Positions 1 to 12,845 of a stretch of DNA of 64,000 nucleotides are shown one piece after another. The DNA comes from Octopus sinensis. Lineage: Eukaryota. The stretch is from contig NC_043025.1 of assembly GCF_006345805.1 (NCBI RefSeq), positions 14,756,001 to 14,820,000 of the forward strand, written 5' to 3'. Numbering within the stretch: the first letter of the stretch is position 1; each line of letters opens with the position of its first letter. The notes under the pieces were generated by a model. The model was given only the letters and a program-made list of their open reading frames with translations. It was not told where the DNA came from and did no database searches. Position numbers and translations under genes: made by a program.

Positions 1-203
1 GCAAGTTATGATGTTTCATATATGATTACGTCTATGTAAACAATGTGATCGAAGATAGGAAAAAGTGTTAACTGGTCTATATACAGATTTCAGGACCACT
101 TGCTCTATCATCAGCTCCTCATGCAGTCCATGAATCCATCCTTAGAAACTCAACAAATTTAGTGGTGGAACACAATTGGATATATAGTAATTTTATATCA
201 TCA

Positions 204-420
204 TCATTTAACGTCCGTTTTCCATGCTAGCATGGGTTGGACGGTTCAAATGGGGTCTGGGAAGCCAGGAGGCTGCGCCAGGCCGTCTGATCTGGCAGTG
301 TTTCTACGGCTGGATGCCCTTCCTAACGCCAACCACTCTGTGAGTGTAGTGGGTGCTTTTTATGTGCCACCTGCACAGGTACCAGACGAGGCTGGCAAAC
401 GGCCACCGGCACGGGGGCCT
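204..420 (-). mobile_element. RTE-3'-end/SINE-like repeat (family B), representative copy
   Basis: tcatcatttaacgtccgttttccatgctagcatgggttggacgg...gatgcccttcctaacgccaaccactc. Other copies at ~6004-6320(-), 7440-7830(+), 17300-17645(+), 17806-18007(-), 39518-39687(+), 47990-48335(-), 49777-50125(-), 51987-52212(-) and 60424-60960(-). Has a (GAT)n tail and follows the RTE ORF at 16 kb. Confidence 0.75.
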
Positions 421-972
421 TAAAATTTCAGAAGGGGCAAGTCAATTTCATCGACCCCAATACATGACTGGTATTTTTTTCGACTCTGAAAGGATGGAAG
501 GCAAAGTTGGGCTTTATGGAATTTGAACTCCGAACATAAAGATGGATGAAATGCCACCAAGTATTTCGCCTGGCATGCTAACCATTCTGTCAGTTCGTCA
601 TCGTTACTAATTTTATGCATTAAACACATTCCTGGAAACTATTTGGTTCAATTTAATTTGCTGCTTGAGACACGATTTTGCTATGCACCCAGAGAATACC
701 ACCAAGTACAAAGCTGCTGGATGCTGACGTGTTTATGGAGGAATGAGAGTGAGTGGCTTCAGAAGGATGCTTTGTGGTGGGGCAAACTCGTTTGTGCTTG
801 TCTCCACTTAACCGAGAGTAGGTCTGCTAAGTATTTGAGATACTCATAGGCCCCCGCTGTGTCTACACTAGCCTCAGATTATTTTGATGTCTCTCTATTG
901 GACAATTCATCAGATTTTCTTTCATTGCCCTTTGTATCTTCCCATGATTCTCTGTTTGTCAATTTCTTCTTT

Positions 973-1319
973 AATAATAATGAAATTATTGTATATAGTG
1001 CTCAGGTGCACCACAACTTGTCAAAAGTGCGTATAAAGCATATGCAGTAATGTACAAATGTCTGGGAAGCAAACAGTGTATGAGTCAGATACATGCTTGC
1101 GTGTGTATGGAGGGGAGAAAATCAGGTGTAGTGTTGGCGAATCTCAGAAAGCATGGAAGTTTTGAAGGATGCAGTGCTCCGACAACTAACAACTGATGCC
1201 AGCAGTTTGTTCCTTGCTTCAGCAATTCTTAGCATGAAAAAATGTTTCTGAAAGTCATGGGAGCTGTGCTGTTTTTCTGACTTTGTAAATATGTCCACGG
1301 GTGTTAGATGGGTGGAGTT

Positions 1320-1357
<38 letters not shown>

Positions 1358-1694
1358 AATTATTGTATACAGTGCTCAGGTGCACCACAACTTGTCAGAA
1401 AGTGCGTATAAAGCATATGCAGTAATGTACAAATGTCTGGGAAGTGAACAGTGTATGAGTCAGATACATGCTTGCGTGTGTATAGAGGGGAGAAAATCAG
1501 GTGTAGTGTTGGCGAATCTCAGAAAGCATGGAAGTTTTGAAGGATGCAGTGCTCCGACAACTAACAACTGATGCCAGCAGTTTGTTCCTTGCTTCAGCAA
1601 TTCTTAGCATGAAAAAATGTTTCTGAAAGTCATGGGAGCTGTGCTGTTTTTCTGACTTTGTAAATATGTCCACGGGTGTTAGATGGGTGGAGTT

Positions 1695-1729
<35 letters not shown>

Positions 1730-2195
1730 AATTATTGTATACAGTGCTCAGGTGCACCACAACTTGTCAGAAAGTGCGTATAAAGCATATGCAGTAATGT
1801 ACAAATGTCTGGGAAGTGAACAGTGTATGAGTCAGATACATGCTTGCGTGTGTATAGAGGGGAGAAAATCAGGTGTAGTGTTGGCGAATCTCAGAAAGCA
1901 TGGAAGTTTTGAAGGATGCAGTGCTCCGACAACTAACAACTGATGCTGGCAGTTTGTTCCATGCTTCAGCGTGTGTATGGAGGGGAGAAAATCAGGTGTA
2001 GTGTTGGCGAATCTCTCAGGAAGCATGGAAGTTTTGAAGGATGCAGTGCTCCGACAACTAACAACTGATGCCAGAGTTTGTTCCTTGCTTCAGCAATTCT
2101 TAGCGTGAAAAAATGTTTCCTAAAGTCATGGGAGCTGTGCTGTTTTCTGACTTTGTAAATATGTCCATGGGTGTTAGACGGGTGGAGTTTATAAC
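973..2195 (-). mobile_element. Tandem array (~3.3 copies, ~373 bp) of a CR1-group LINE 3' end
   Basis: Units start at 981, 1355 and 1727. The minus strand encodes (T)RGHIYKVRKQHSSHDFRKHFFTLRIAEARNKLLASVVSCRSTASFKT (CR1 ORF2 C-terminus), followed by a 3' UTR and an (ATT)n tail. Confidence 0.8.
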
Positions 2196-2209
2196 AATAA
2201 TAATAATTA

Positions 2210-2630
2210 TTATTATTATTGTTGTTGGCATCCTTTCTGTCTCGAGAGACAATGGAGTTGCGCATGAAGTAGTCTAGTCCGGCTTTTACATTTCATGTCC
2301 TGATACATTTCCTGCTGTGGCTGTGTAGTCCTATCCTGGACAAACACTCCCTCTGGCAGGTACCGCAAATGTAGCGAAGACTGTTCCTGGCTGGTTGTAA
2401 TGTCATAGTCTCTTGTTTACGTCTCTTCCTTTCTTTCCATTTCTCCTCTCTCTCTGTCACTCCTTTGTGTTCCCTCTCTTACGGTACGTCGCCATTCTCC
2501 ACGGTTGCCGGCAACTGCCTCCCAACCGCTAATATTGATGTTGCAGGCCTTCATGTCCCTTTTGCAAACATCCTTGTAACGTAAGATCGGTCTACCCACA
2601 GACCTAGTACCCCTAGCAAGCTCTCCATAA
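2210..2630 (-). mobile_element. RTE-clade LINE 3' fragment
   Basis: YGELARGTRSVGRPILRYKDVCKRDMKACNINISGWEAVAGNRGEWRR, the typical RTE post-RT C-terminus, followed by a 3' UTR and an (AAT)n tail. Confidence 0.8.
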
Positions 2631-3042
2631 TAATTATAATAATGACAGGTGGAGTTTGAAAAGGTGCTCAGAGTTATTGTTTGTAAGATGGTTGATAATT
2701 TTATGGGTGTCTGCCAAGTCAGCTGCCAGACGTCGGAGTTTCAATGTATCCATGCCCAGGGAAATAAGGCGTTCAGAATATGGCAAATGCCTGATGGATC
2801 ATGTGTGTTTTCGACCATTCCTGTTTACTCTTCTATGACAGCACCACTTGTTGGACTAAGTTGGCCACATCCCTGATGACTGTTTAAACTATGTTTGAAG
2901 ATGCTGGAATAGTATATTGTGATGTAATCCTTTACAACTACACTAAATAAAGTTCTACCAAAACGGCTGTTGCAAATTTAGACACTATTCATGTGTTACA
3001 ATTATGTGTGTGTGAATATATATATATATATATATATATATA

Positions 3043-3289
3043 CTGTTGTGTCTGGGGAGAGTCATTTTCTTTTTGTGCCTTATTACGTAACACACTCACC
3101 GGTAAAATTTCCACTTTTTTTTCTTATTTTTATTATCCTAAAATTTTCGTTGCGTCAAACTATTGAAAAGGTTGCAAGACACAACGAAAATTTTAGGGCA
3201 ATAAAAATAAGAAATAAGTGGAAATTTTACCAGTGAGTGTATTAAATTATAAGGCACAAAAAGAAAATGACTCTCCCCAGACACAACAG
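3043..3289. mobile_element. MITE with ~70-bp TIRs (Tc1/mariner-like, TA on the left flank)
   Basis: ctgttgtgtctggggagagtcattttctttttgtgcctta ... taaggcacaaaaagaaaatgactctccccagacacaacag. Confidence 0.75.
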
Positions 3290-3365
3290 AATGCTTCAAC
3301 ACACAAACTCATATAAAGAACCTTGCAAACCAAATCCAAAAACGAAATATATATATATATATATA

Positions 3366-3795
3366 TGATGATGATGATGGCCGTCCACTCGTGACCGAGG
3401 AAGACCATTGCCAACCTTCAGGAACATTGTGTGCTCTAGGACTAACTTATATTTTGCATTTGCGGCTCCGTTGGTGGCTAATGAGCCCAGCTCTTGACAA
3501 GCATACACGACTGCAAACATTGCAGACCAAGCTTTCCCCATTCACTATATGAGCTGTGCGCTTTCGCGCAGCTCGCTTAAGTTCTTCATGCTGGATACGT
3601 GCTCTCTCAAAAGTGTTGATCCCCTCCTTAACCTGCTTCCTCCATTTGTGGTGATGACAGGCATTGTTCTCCCAGTCAGTGTCCTGCATATCAAAAGCCT
3701 TTAATGAGGACTTGACACAGTCCTTAAATCGCAGCCTTGGTTTCTGCCGGAGTCTCCTTCCATTCACAAGTTCTCCATAGAGCATCTGCTTAGGA
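3366..3795 (-). mobile_element. RTE LINE 3' end with C-terminal C2H2-like finger and (CAT)n tail
   Basis: IPKQMLYGELVNG..KPRLRFKDCVKSSLK..CNVCSRVCLSRAGLISHQRS; paralog at 11890-12845. Confidence 0.85.
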
Positions 3796-4579
3796 ATATA
3801 TATATATATATATATATATACATGCACACATATATAAAAGAGGGGCAAAGTAAAGTGTGACATACAACCAAAACTCGGGGTCAGTGGTGGATCTGACACT
3901 CCATTTTTCATGGGCATAAACCCAGTGTTCAGAATATGAGTGAAATAATGAAAAATATAATAATAACAAAAAGAGGACTCAGAGAGCAGAAACCGCTGCC
4001 AAGGCAACACCAACGTCCTCTCAATGATTGGCTGGAGATGATTTTTAGAATGAGAATATCTGGAATAAACTTGGTTGCTCTCACAAACGAGAATACTAAA
4101 GATGAACCCGACCACTCTCTAAACTTGATAAAAAAAAAAATGGAAAAATAATCCAGAATCCTTGTCTCGTACCTGATCAATCCCAATATTAAGGTAGTTG
4201 TAAAAAATTTAGTAACAGCAATAAATAGTTTATTCTTATCTAATACCAGCCAAAATTAACAAATTTACCATTGAAAATAATTACAGGCTAAAGGGAGATA
4301 ATTGAGAAAGACTTGAAAGTTAATCATAATCATGTAAAGTAAATATAACAAATAATCTAGAATCCTTGTCCGGCACCAGATCGATTCCAAAATCGAATCA
4401 GTTCATGCCAGTCCCGAGGACAAACATGCCTGAAAGTTTCATCTGAATACATCCAGTGGTTCTTGAGATATCTTGTCCACAAACAAACGTGACTGAAAAC
4501 AATACTTCCACGGCGGAGGTAATAATAGAAAAAACATAAAAATGCTTTGAATACTTCATCTATTTCTGCTTATAATTAT

Positions 4580-5115
4580 TATTGAGCAAGAGAACAGTTC
4601 ATGCCATTAAAGTGACACTAGGGTAAAATATACGAAGCCCAATATACCCATCATGACTACCCGTCTGATAAAGGTACACTAGGCACATGCATCACAACCA
4701 TATGTGCGCGACATGGTGATCTCATATCAAGATAAACAGCACATGACCTTGCAGGTGGGGCCCAGTTAGAATTTTCTTCAGGTTGAGTAGCCCATCCCGC
4801 TCAAAAGGTCCCTGAATAAGGGTTGTTTAAGGATGTTGAACGAACCACCCATGTTTCCAGAGGTGAATTATTCAAACCCCAAGAATCCCTCTCAACACAT
4901 GGCTATGATGCTCCCCCACTACTTCTGCTCGTGATCAGAGATGCACATATCGTCAGCCACTAAGGGACATGCTCAACTGGTTAAGGTCAAACAACTGACA
5001 AGCAAATCTGTGGTATTGAGCAGAATATTTGCTGTAGCCCATCTTTTATACCAAGACAAAACAATGTACATGATAACACTTCCAATCAGTTAAGATCAGA
5101 AGCCATGGGAGCCAC
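4580..5115. repeat. Dispersed repeat of unassigned class
   Basis: Recognised from familiarity as a common octopus interspersed repeat; only one copy in the window, so not verifiable internally. Confidence 0.35.
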
Positions 5116-5117
5116 TG

Positions 5118-5297
5118 TTATTATTATTATTACTATTATTATCATCATCATTATTATTATTATTACTATTATTATCATCATCATCATTATTATTATTATT
5201 ATTACTATTATTATCATCATCATTATTATTATTATTATTATTACTATTATTATCATCATTATTATTATTATTATTATTACTATTATTATCATCATCA

Positions 5298-5328
<31 letters not shown>

Positions 5329-5420
5329 TATTATCATCATCATTATTATTACTATTATTATCATCATCATTATTATTACTATTATTATCATCATCATTAT
5401 TATTATTATTATTATTATTT
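5118..5420. repeat. Compound (ATT)n/(ATC)n microsatellite
   Basis: Direct reading; source of the poly-Ile and poly-Asn ORFs. Confidence 0.95.
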
Positions 5421-5489
5421 GATATATGAAGTGTAATGCAAAAGTATGAGGACAGGTGCTTTAAAAAGAAATCTACAACACAGACCAAT

Positions 5490-5960
5490 TCGTCATTTAA
5501 TAACTTCAAAGTTGTCCCCTTCTGAAGCCATCCAGCATCGTTTCCATCGATGGAATCATTCTTGGAACTCCTTTCACAGGAAAGTGAGCAGCTGCTCCCT
5601 CGCACACTCCTGGATTTCCTTGATGTCTTGAAATCTGTTCCTTGGTTTCAGGATCATAGCCACAGATCCACATCTGTTATGACTGCTTTCAAACAGTTTT
5701 GTCTTCCTTGACAGCTAAGGATAATCTTGGGCAGCTGATCCCCGATCTTCTTTCCAGGGGGACCCCCAACCCCCACAAGCATTGCCATCAGCAACAGATG
5801 TGAGCAAGAATGTTATAACTTAATGTGAACACATAACAGAGTTCCAGGTCAATTGGTGCCGAGTGGCTTCTCCACTCTGCGTAAAGCTCCATTATTAACG
5901 TTGTTACCATAGTAACAGTCCCAGGACTTATTGATAAGACCTCATCCACAAAGTGGTGAG
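5490..5960 (-). pseudogene. Decayed, internally deleted mariner transposase fragment
   Basis: Minus strand reads MWICGYDPETK and RFQDIKEIQECAREQL..FHRWKRCW..ASEGDNFE (mariner WIYGYDPETK motif and C-terminus), with stops. Confidence 0.7.
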
Positions 5961-6954
5961 CAGAAAGAAACATTAGAATGCCAGAGAAAATGCTTTGTAG
6001 CATTTCATCATCATCATAATTATTTAATGTCCGTTTTCCATGCTGGCATGTGTTGGACTGTTCGACCGGGGATCTGGGAAGCCAGAAGGCTGCACCAGGC
6101 TCCAGTCTGATCAGGCAGTCTTCCTAACGCCAACCACTCCGCGAGTGTAGTGGGTGCCTTTTACGTGCCACCAGCACAGGTGCCAGGCGTGGCTGGCAAT
6201 GGCTACAATCGGATTGGTGCATTTTACGTGCCACCGGCACGGAAGCCAGTCAAGGCGGAGCTGGCATCGGCCATGATTCAGATGGTGCTTTTTATGTGCC
6301 ACCGGCACAGGAGTCAGTCTTCATCTGTGTTGAAATTCTACTGGGGTCGACTTCACCTTCCATCCTTTCAGGGTTGATAAAATAAGTACCAGTCATGTAC
6401 TGGGGTCAATGTTATTGACTTACCCCTCACCTCGAAATTTTTGGCTTTGTGTCAAAATTTAAAACTATTATTTGGTATATGTATGTGTGTGTGTGTGTGT
6501 ACCCTGTCACTGTTTGACAACTGGTGTTGGTTTGGTTACATCCCCATAACTTATCAGTTTGACAAAAAGGTTCAACAGAATAAGTAATAGACTTGAAAAA
6601 ATAAGTATTGGTGTTGGTTTATTTGACTGAAATCGTTCAAGGCAGTGCTCCAGTATGGCCATGGTCCAATGACTGAAACAGAGAAAGCATAAAAGATAAT
6701 GATTGCCTTGAATTCCCTAATTATAGTTGCTTGTGTCATGTGAACGGCCCCTGTGGAATTGTAATCAGGGCTGGGCCTCACGGAGGGGAAAGTGAGTGAG
6801 ACCTTTTATTCAGGCATAGGGTATCTAAGACTACATTATCTGAAGTGTCCTTCCTTGTGTTACATTTGAAGGGAGATTTGGCTGCTATTTTTTCCAGGTT
6901 GACTCTCATTAATAGGACTTCTTGGTTGTCACATGTTGTAGATGTTGTTTAGTT

Positions 6955-7314
6955 TTGTCTCTTTTACTCTTTTACTTGTTTCCGTCATTTGACTGTGGCC
7001 ATGCTGGAGCACCGCCTTTAATCGAGCAACTCGACCCTGGGACTTATTCTTTTGTAAGCCCAGTACTTATTCTATCGGTCTCTTTTGCCGAACCACTAAG
7101 TAATGGGGACATAAACACACCAGCAACGGTTGTCAAGCAATGCTAGGGGGACAAACACAGACATATATATATATAAACGACGGGCTTCTTTTCAGTTTCC
7201 GTCTACCAAATCCACTCACAAGGCATTGGTCAGCTTGAGGCTATAGTAGAAGACACTTGCCCAAGGTGCCACGCAGCCACTCTTGCTACTTACCACACAG
7301 CCACTCTTGCGCCT
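6955..7314 (-). mobile_element. SINE family A copy
   Basis: Reverse complement of 8989-9390, with an internal deletion in the head. Confidence 0.8.
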
Positions 7315-7809
7315 GTTCAGATTTATGATTGAAAGTGTTCCAACCACGACCTTCACATCTATGTTTAAGTTAATGTGACTCTTGTGAAGTCAAGTGGAAC
7401 CATTGCCGTGGCTATTGCCAGTTAAGCCAAGTGAAATCAAAGTGATGGTCATTGCCAATTTCCTCTGAATGGCACCTGTGGAATCGCAGTGGTGGCCAGT
7501 GCTGGATTTGAATGTTGGGCCCCGTGGTGGAGATGACAAGTGACTGAGACCCTTGGGAAGATGCTGTGCTTAAGAAAACTTATCAAACCAAGTGAAATCT
7601 TAATGATGGCCATTGCTGGTGTCGTGCAAGTGGCACCCGTGTTGATGGCACATAAAAGGCACCCATTACGCTCTTGGAGTGGTTGGCATTTGGAAGGGCA
7701 GCCAGCTGTAGAAACCGTGCCAAACCAGATTGGAACATGGTGCAGCTCTCCAGCCTTGCCAGCTCCTGTCAAATTGTCCAACTCATGCCAGCATGGAAAG
7801 CAGATGTTA

Positions 7810-7948
7810 CATGATGATGATGATGATGATGATGGTGATGGTGGTGATGTTGATGATGATGATGATGATGATGATGGTGGTGATGATGATGGTGGTGATG
7901 ATGATGATGATGATGATGATAATGATGATGATGGTGGTGATGTTGATG

Positions 7949-7980
<32 letters not shown>
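7810..7980. repeat. (GAT)n/(GGT)n microsatellite extending an RTE 3' tail
   Basis: Direct reading; source of the poly-Asp and poly-Met ORFs. Confidence 0.95.
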
Positions 7981-7982
<2 letters not shown>

Positions 7983-8030
7983 ACAAAAATTTGATGATTT
8001 CTTTATTGTCCTTTTCCTTTTCTTTTTCAG

Positions 8031-8677
8031 ATTTGATCAAAAATGCTGCCAAGTCAAATGGGGTCTGTGCTCATATTAACAAGGCCTTCAGCAATGATGA
8101 GGATGACGCGGCCGGAGGAGAGCCCACCCCTGTCGAGAATGACAAGGACAGTGGCGGCACAGGGGCGGAGGCGCATGACAGTGATGACGACGATGATGAA
8201 GAGATTGGGAAGACAAGTCAAGCAGGAAGTGCAGCAACTTCGCTGAACTCCACTGATGACCATCACATTGGATCGCTGGAATGCCGAGAGATGGAGAGGA
8301 TGCGGAGCTACAGTGACACTAGTTGCCATGACGACGACAATGATACTGCTGAGGTGAAAGAAAGCGAGGAGGAGGTGGGGAAGAGAGAGGAAGACGGAGA
8401 TAAGAGAGAGGCTGCTATGACATCACAGTCACCCCCCTCATCACCGCCACCACCACCACCCTCTTCACCGCCGCCACCACTACCCTCATCGCCACCCCGT
8501 TCAACAGGATCGGCACCCTGCCGTCGACCGACCTGCTCCCCTCCCCCACTGCCATCCCAGGCTCCTGGCACATCACTTCCCAGCCCCAGCTCTTCCCCGT
8601 CCTCACCCACCCGCCCAACAGTCTCCCCTCCCGCTCCCCCACCTTCAAGCTCCCCGCCACCCCCACCAAACTGTTAA
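8031..8677 (+). CDS. Probable terminal coding exon of an unidentified gene (acidic then Pro/Ser-rich tail)
   Basis: Long polypyrimidine acceptor ctttattgtccttttccttttctttttcag|AT (phase 1); GC-rich non-repeat sequence open for 215 codons (DLIKNAAKSNGVCAHINKAFSNDEDD...SPPPPPNC*). Confidence 0.65.
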
Positions 8678-8720
8678 CACGCCGCCCCCACCACCTTAAA
8701 AGTGCATTTTTATGTGCATG

Positions 8721-8755
<35 letters not shown>

Positions 8756-8988
8756 GAATGTATATGTGTGTGTTTATTGTTGAAAAACATACATTCTGCT
8801 GATAGACAATCCAAATAATGCTGCTAAGTGCGATCCCACCATGACCACCTCATTTGCTTTTCTAGGTACAAGGATACATTTTAGGTTTCCTTCATTATTC
8901 AGAGAATCGAATACAATTAGAGGGAGAATTGGCTGCTGTTTTTAGCAGATTCTGAGACAACACAGTAACTCCCTTAATGATTTGTATA

Positions 8989-9158
8989 GGCGCAGGAGTG
9001 GCTGTGTGGTAAGTAGCTTGCTAACCAACCACATGGTTACCGGTTCAGTCCCACTGCGTGGCATCTTGGGCAAGTGTCTTCTGCTATAGCCCCGGGTCGA
9101 CCAAAGCCTTGTGAGTGGATTTGGTAGACAGAAACTGAAAGAAGCCTGTCGTATATCT

Positions 9159-9190
<32 letters not shown>

Positions 9191-9390
9191 TTGTCCCCCT
9201 AGCATTGCTTGACAACCGATGCTGGTGTGTTTACGTCCCCGTAACTTAGCGGTTCGGCAAAAAAGAGACCGATAGAATAAGTACTGGGCTTACAAAGAAT
9301 AAGTCCCAGGGTCGATTTGCTCGACTAAAGGCGGTGCTCCAGCATGGCCGCAGTCAAACGACTGAAACAAGTAAAAGAGTAAAAGCGTAA
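8989..9390 (+). mobile_element. tRNA-derived SINE (family A) with internal (TA)n/(TG)n tract
   Basis: A-box-like TGGCTGTGTGG, B-box-like GGTTCAGTCCC, (GTAAAAGA)n tail; many near-identical copies in the window. Confidence 0.85.
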
Positions 9391-9654
9391 GGCTATCTAA
9401 GAGTATATAACAAAGTGACAGTTGGATATAGTATACGGTTATGGGTACAGTAAGCACTATTCATCGCCCATTCATCAAGTAAAGCCCCTTAAGGCCCCTT
9501 AGAGACAATTCATTCCTTAAATATTTTTGTCTTGTATTTTTTTTTTGATAGGTTTAATGAACCTGCCCAACACCATTGTTTCCAAATATTAGCGGACCAA
9601 TTAATTTGTACTCTTCATAGGGATGTCAGGATGTGGGTTTTCTTAATAAGTACC

Positions 9655-9888
9655 TATTTCTTTATTACCCACAAGGGGTTAAACATAGAGGAGACAAACA
9701 AGGACAGACATAGGTATTAAGTCGATTACATCGACCCCAGTGCGTAACTGGTACTTAATTTATTGACCTCGAAATGATGAAAGGCAAAGTCGACCTCAGT
9801 GGAATTTGACTCACAGCATAACGACAGACGAAATACAGCTACGCATTTCGCCCAGCGTGCTAACGTTTCTGCCAGCTCGCCGCCTTTC
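9655..9888 (-). mobile_element. tRNA-like-head SINE (family C)
   Basis: ggcggcgagctggcagaaacgttagcacg...gagtcaaattccactgaggtcgactttgcctttcatc...; related pieces at ~425-605, 6330-6460, 45125-45215, 46705-46830, 47045-47240 and 47445-47620. Confidence 0.75.
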
Positions 9889-10503
9889 TTAATAAGTACC
9901 AACATTGCACTAAGCCTTTGCTCAAATTATTCTTTCATTGATCTCCTTAAGTATTGATTTCCCCAAACAAGTTCACATTAGTTAAAGTTCTCAATTTCTT
10001 TTTATGACGTTCCATTAAATAGCCGTCAGTCCCTGACTTTTGACCCGTCATATGGACCATCCCATTAAACTCACTCCACCACATCTTACCCTCCCTCACT
10101 ATTCCCCCCCCCCGGAGTTTACTATTTTTTCTTTCATTTATTATTTTATTTATTTTTTATTTATCTATTTATTTACTTGTTTATTTGCTTATCTTGATTA
10201 CTTATACACATGATTGTAATCAATTAATAAATAGATTTAAATGAATGTCAAAAAGGCTGATGTTTGTCGATTAATTATCCTTTCCATTTTCTTATTTGAC
10301 TTATAAATCCTGGGTAAATTTCTGTTTTACCCCCACCCATACCTCTTATTCAATTGCAATACTGCCCTGCAATAGTAAGCACTTGGATATAAATACGTAG
10401 GAATACATCCAGCAGTATACTGGATATTTATCATCCCTTAGGTGGTTGCTTAACTTCTAACTCATACAGACATATTTATATATATATATATGTCGCATAT
10501 ATA

Positions 10504-10666
10504 GGCGCAGGAGTGGGTGTATGGGAAGTAGCTTGCTTCCCAACCACATGGTTCAGAGTTCAGTCCCACTGCGTGGCACCTTGGGCAAGTGTCTTCTACT
10601 ATAGCCTTGGGCCAACCAAAGCCTTGTGAGTCGATTTGGTAGACGGAAACTGAAAGAAGCCCGTTG

Positions 10667-10697
<31 letters not shown>

Positions 10698-10915
10698 GTG
10701 TGTATATGTTTGTGTGTCTGTATTTGTCCCACCAACATCGCTTAACAACCGATGCTGGTGTGTTTACATCCTCGTAACTTAGCGGTTCGGCAAAAGAGAC
10801 CGATAGATGAAGTACTAGGCTTACAAAGAATAAGTCCTGGGGTCGATTTGCTCGACTAAAGGTGGTGCTCCAGCATGGCCACAGTCAAAAGACTGAAACA
10901 AGTAAAAGAGTAAAA
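10504..10915 (+). mobile_element. SINE family A copy
   Basis: Collinear with 8989-9390. Confidence 0.85.
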
Positions 10916-11889
10916 TATATATATATATATATATATACACGCACACACACACAACCCCACTACATGGCATTTTGGCCAAGTGTTTCCTTGAGTCAACCAA
11001 AGCTTTGTGAGTGGATTTGCTTGATAAAGAGAAACTGATAAGAACCTGCCATATATAGATATCTGTGTGTGTGTGTGTGCTTCCTTGCCATGGCATCATG
11101 TGATAGGTGCAAAACGAGTTTCACCCTCATACAAGAGAGGTCTTTCCTTGTCAATAATCTGTGGAAATCATGTCCGGTCACGGGTAAATATTGTCTTAGT
11201 TGGAAAGAGGTGAGTGTTGGCAACAGCAAGGGCACCCAGTCTAAGAAAATCTGCCTCAGCAAATTCTGTCTGACCCATGCAAGCACAGAAAAGCAGACAT
11301 TAACAATGACAATTATATATATATATGGCACATAAAAAGTACCATTCGAGTGTGATCGTTACCAGCGTCGCCTTACTGGCACTTGTGCCGGTGTGCAGGT
11401 GACACGTAAATAAACAGGCAAGTTGGTCTTGTGTTTGTGTTTCCCAAGTGTCAGGGTTGATCTCAAACCTATATATCAGGGACGTGCCACCTAGGTAGGC
11501 AGTACCAACCTTGAATAAAATAGATTTATAGCAACATTTTCCTTTTATAGCAAAATATGCCCCTAATTCAATAAAATTATGAAGGTTACTCTGATTATTA
11601 TGCATAAAATACAAAATATCTTGTTTTTGTAGATTAGGTAGGCATAATTCACTCCTGCTTTTCAATCTCAGTATTTAAGCTACATGTAGCACTGCTGTAG
11701 TACACATGCTGTGTACACTCCTACAACATTTTCTTTACACACTATAAAGGCAAAAGCAAATCTGCCATCAACTCAGTCACACGTCTGTGTTTTGCTTATT
11801 TTTTTGTGTGTTAAAGGGCACCAACTGCCTACCCTGAGTAATTACTGACAGCATGTGCCTGATATATATATATAAATATATACATACAC

Positions 11890-12845
11890 ATAGATGACTG
11901 TGCCTTAGTCACTCATACAGTGGATGACATGCAAATACTTATGAACAGTATTTCTGCTTCTTGCAAAGCATTTGGACTCAGCATTAATGTTCCAGCCTGC
12001 ACCAGGAAATCCATATGTGGAACCAGCTATCTTGGTTGAAGGAACAATTCTGAAGGTGATAGACATGTTTGGGTCTACCTGGGCAACACACTCAGCCGTT
12101 CTTGCTCCCTGGATGAAGGAATATCTTTCAGGCTGCAGAGAGCAACTGATTCCTTCCGGTCTCTTCCGTCTCATGTCTGGTCCCAGCATGGCATCACAAG
12201 GCAAACAAAAATTGCTGTGTACTGTGCATGTCTACTGACATTGCTCTTTTACTCATGTAAGGGTCCTTAAATGTTTGAGACATATTCTGAATATTGGTTG
12301 GACCTTAAAAACTCCAGACACACGGGTACTGAGGACAGCTGATATCTTGAGTATTGGGGTGATGGTGTACAAGCACCGGTGACATTAGAGTGGACACCTT
12401 ATTAGAATGAAGGATAGCAGGACCCCTAAACAGATGCTATATGGGGAACTTGTGAATGGACAGAGAACCCAGCAGAAACTAAGGCTGCGATTTAAGGACT
12501 GTGTGAAGTCCTCATTAAAGGCCTGTGATATGCAGGACACTGACTGGGAGAACAATGCCTGTCATCGCCACAGATGGAGGAAGCAGGTTAAGGAGGGGAT
12601 CGACACTTTTGAGAGAGCACGTATCCAGCATGAAGAACTTAAGCGAGCTGCGCGAAAGCGCACAGCTCATATAGTGAATGGGGAAAGCTTGGTCTGCAAT
12701 GTTTGCAGTCGTGTATGCTTGTCAAGAGCAGGTCTGTTCAGCCACCAATGGAGCCGCAAATGCAAAATATAAGTTAGTCCTAGAGCACACAATGTTCCTG
12801 AAGGTCGGCAATGATCTTCCTCGGTCACAAGTGGACAGTCATCAT
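11890..12845 (+). mobile_element. RTE LINE 3' ~950 bp (end of RT to C-terminus), decayed
   Basis: (A)DDCALVTH..YLGNTLS..TKIAVYCAC..GHLIRMKDSRTPKQMLYGELVNG..CNVCSRVC, with stops and frameshifts. Confidence 0.85.

Noticed and set aside
62-118. Hammerhead-like CTGATGA...GAAA on the minus strand (similar remnants at ~2873-2970, ~49290-49325, ~62478-62555 and ~62945-63005)
   Set aside because: Broken helix II, missing GAAA, or a non-cleavable/missing UH site; at most decayed Penelope-like remnants.
3447-4115. 222-aa ORF as a host gene
   Set aside because: Chimera of unrelated sequence, a (TA)n tract and an RTE LINE C-terminus.
7540-8030. Poly-Asp and poly-Met ORF starts (7540, 7730)
   Set aside because: They come from a repeat and its (GAT)n tail; only the part after the acceptor at 8030 looks coding.
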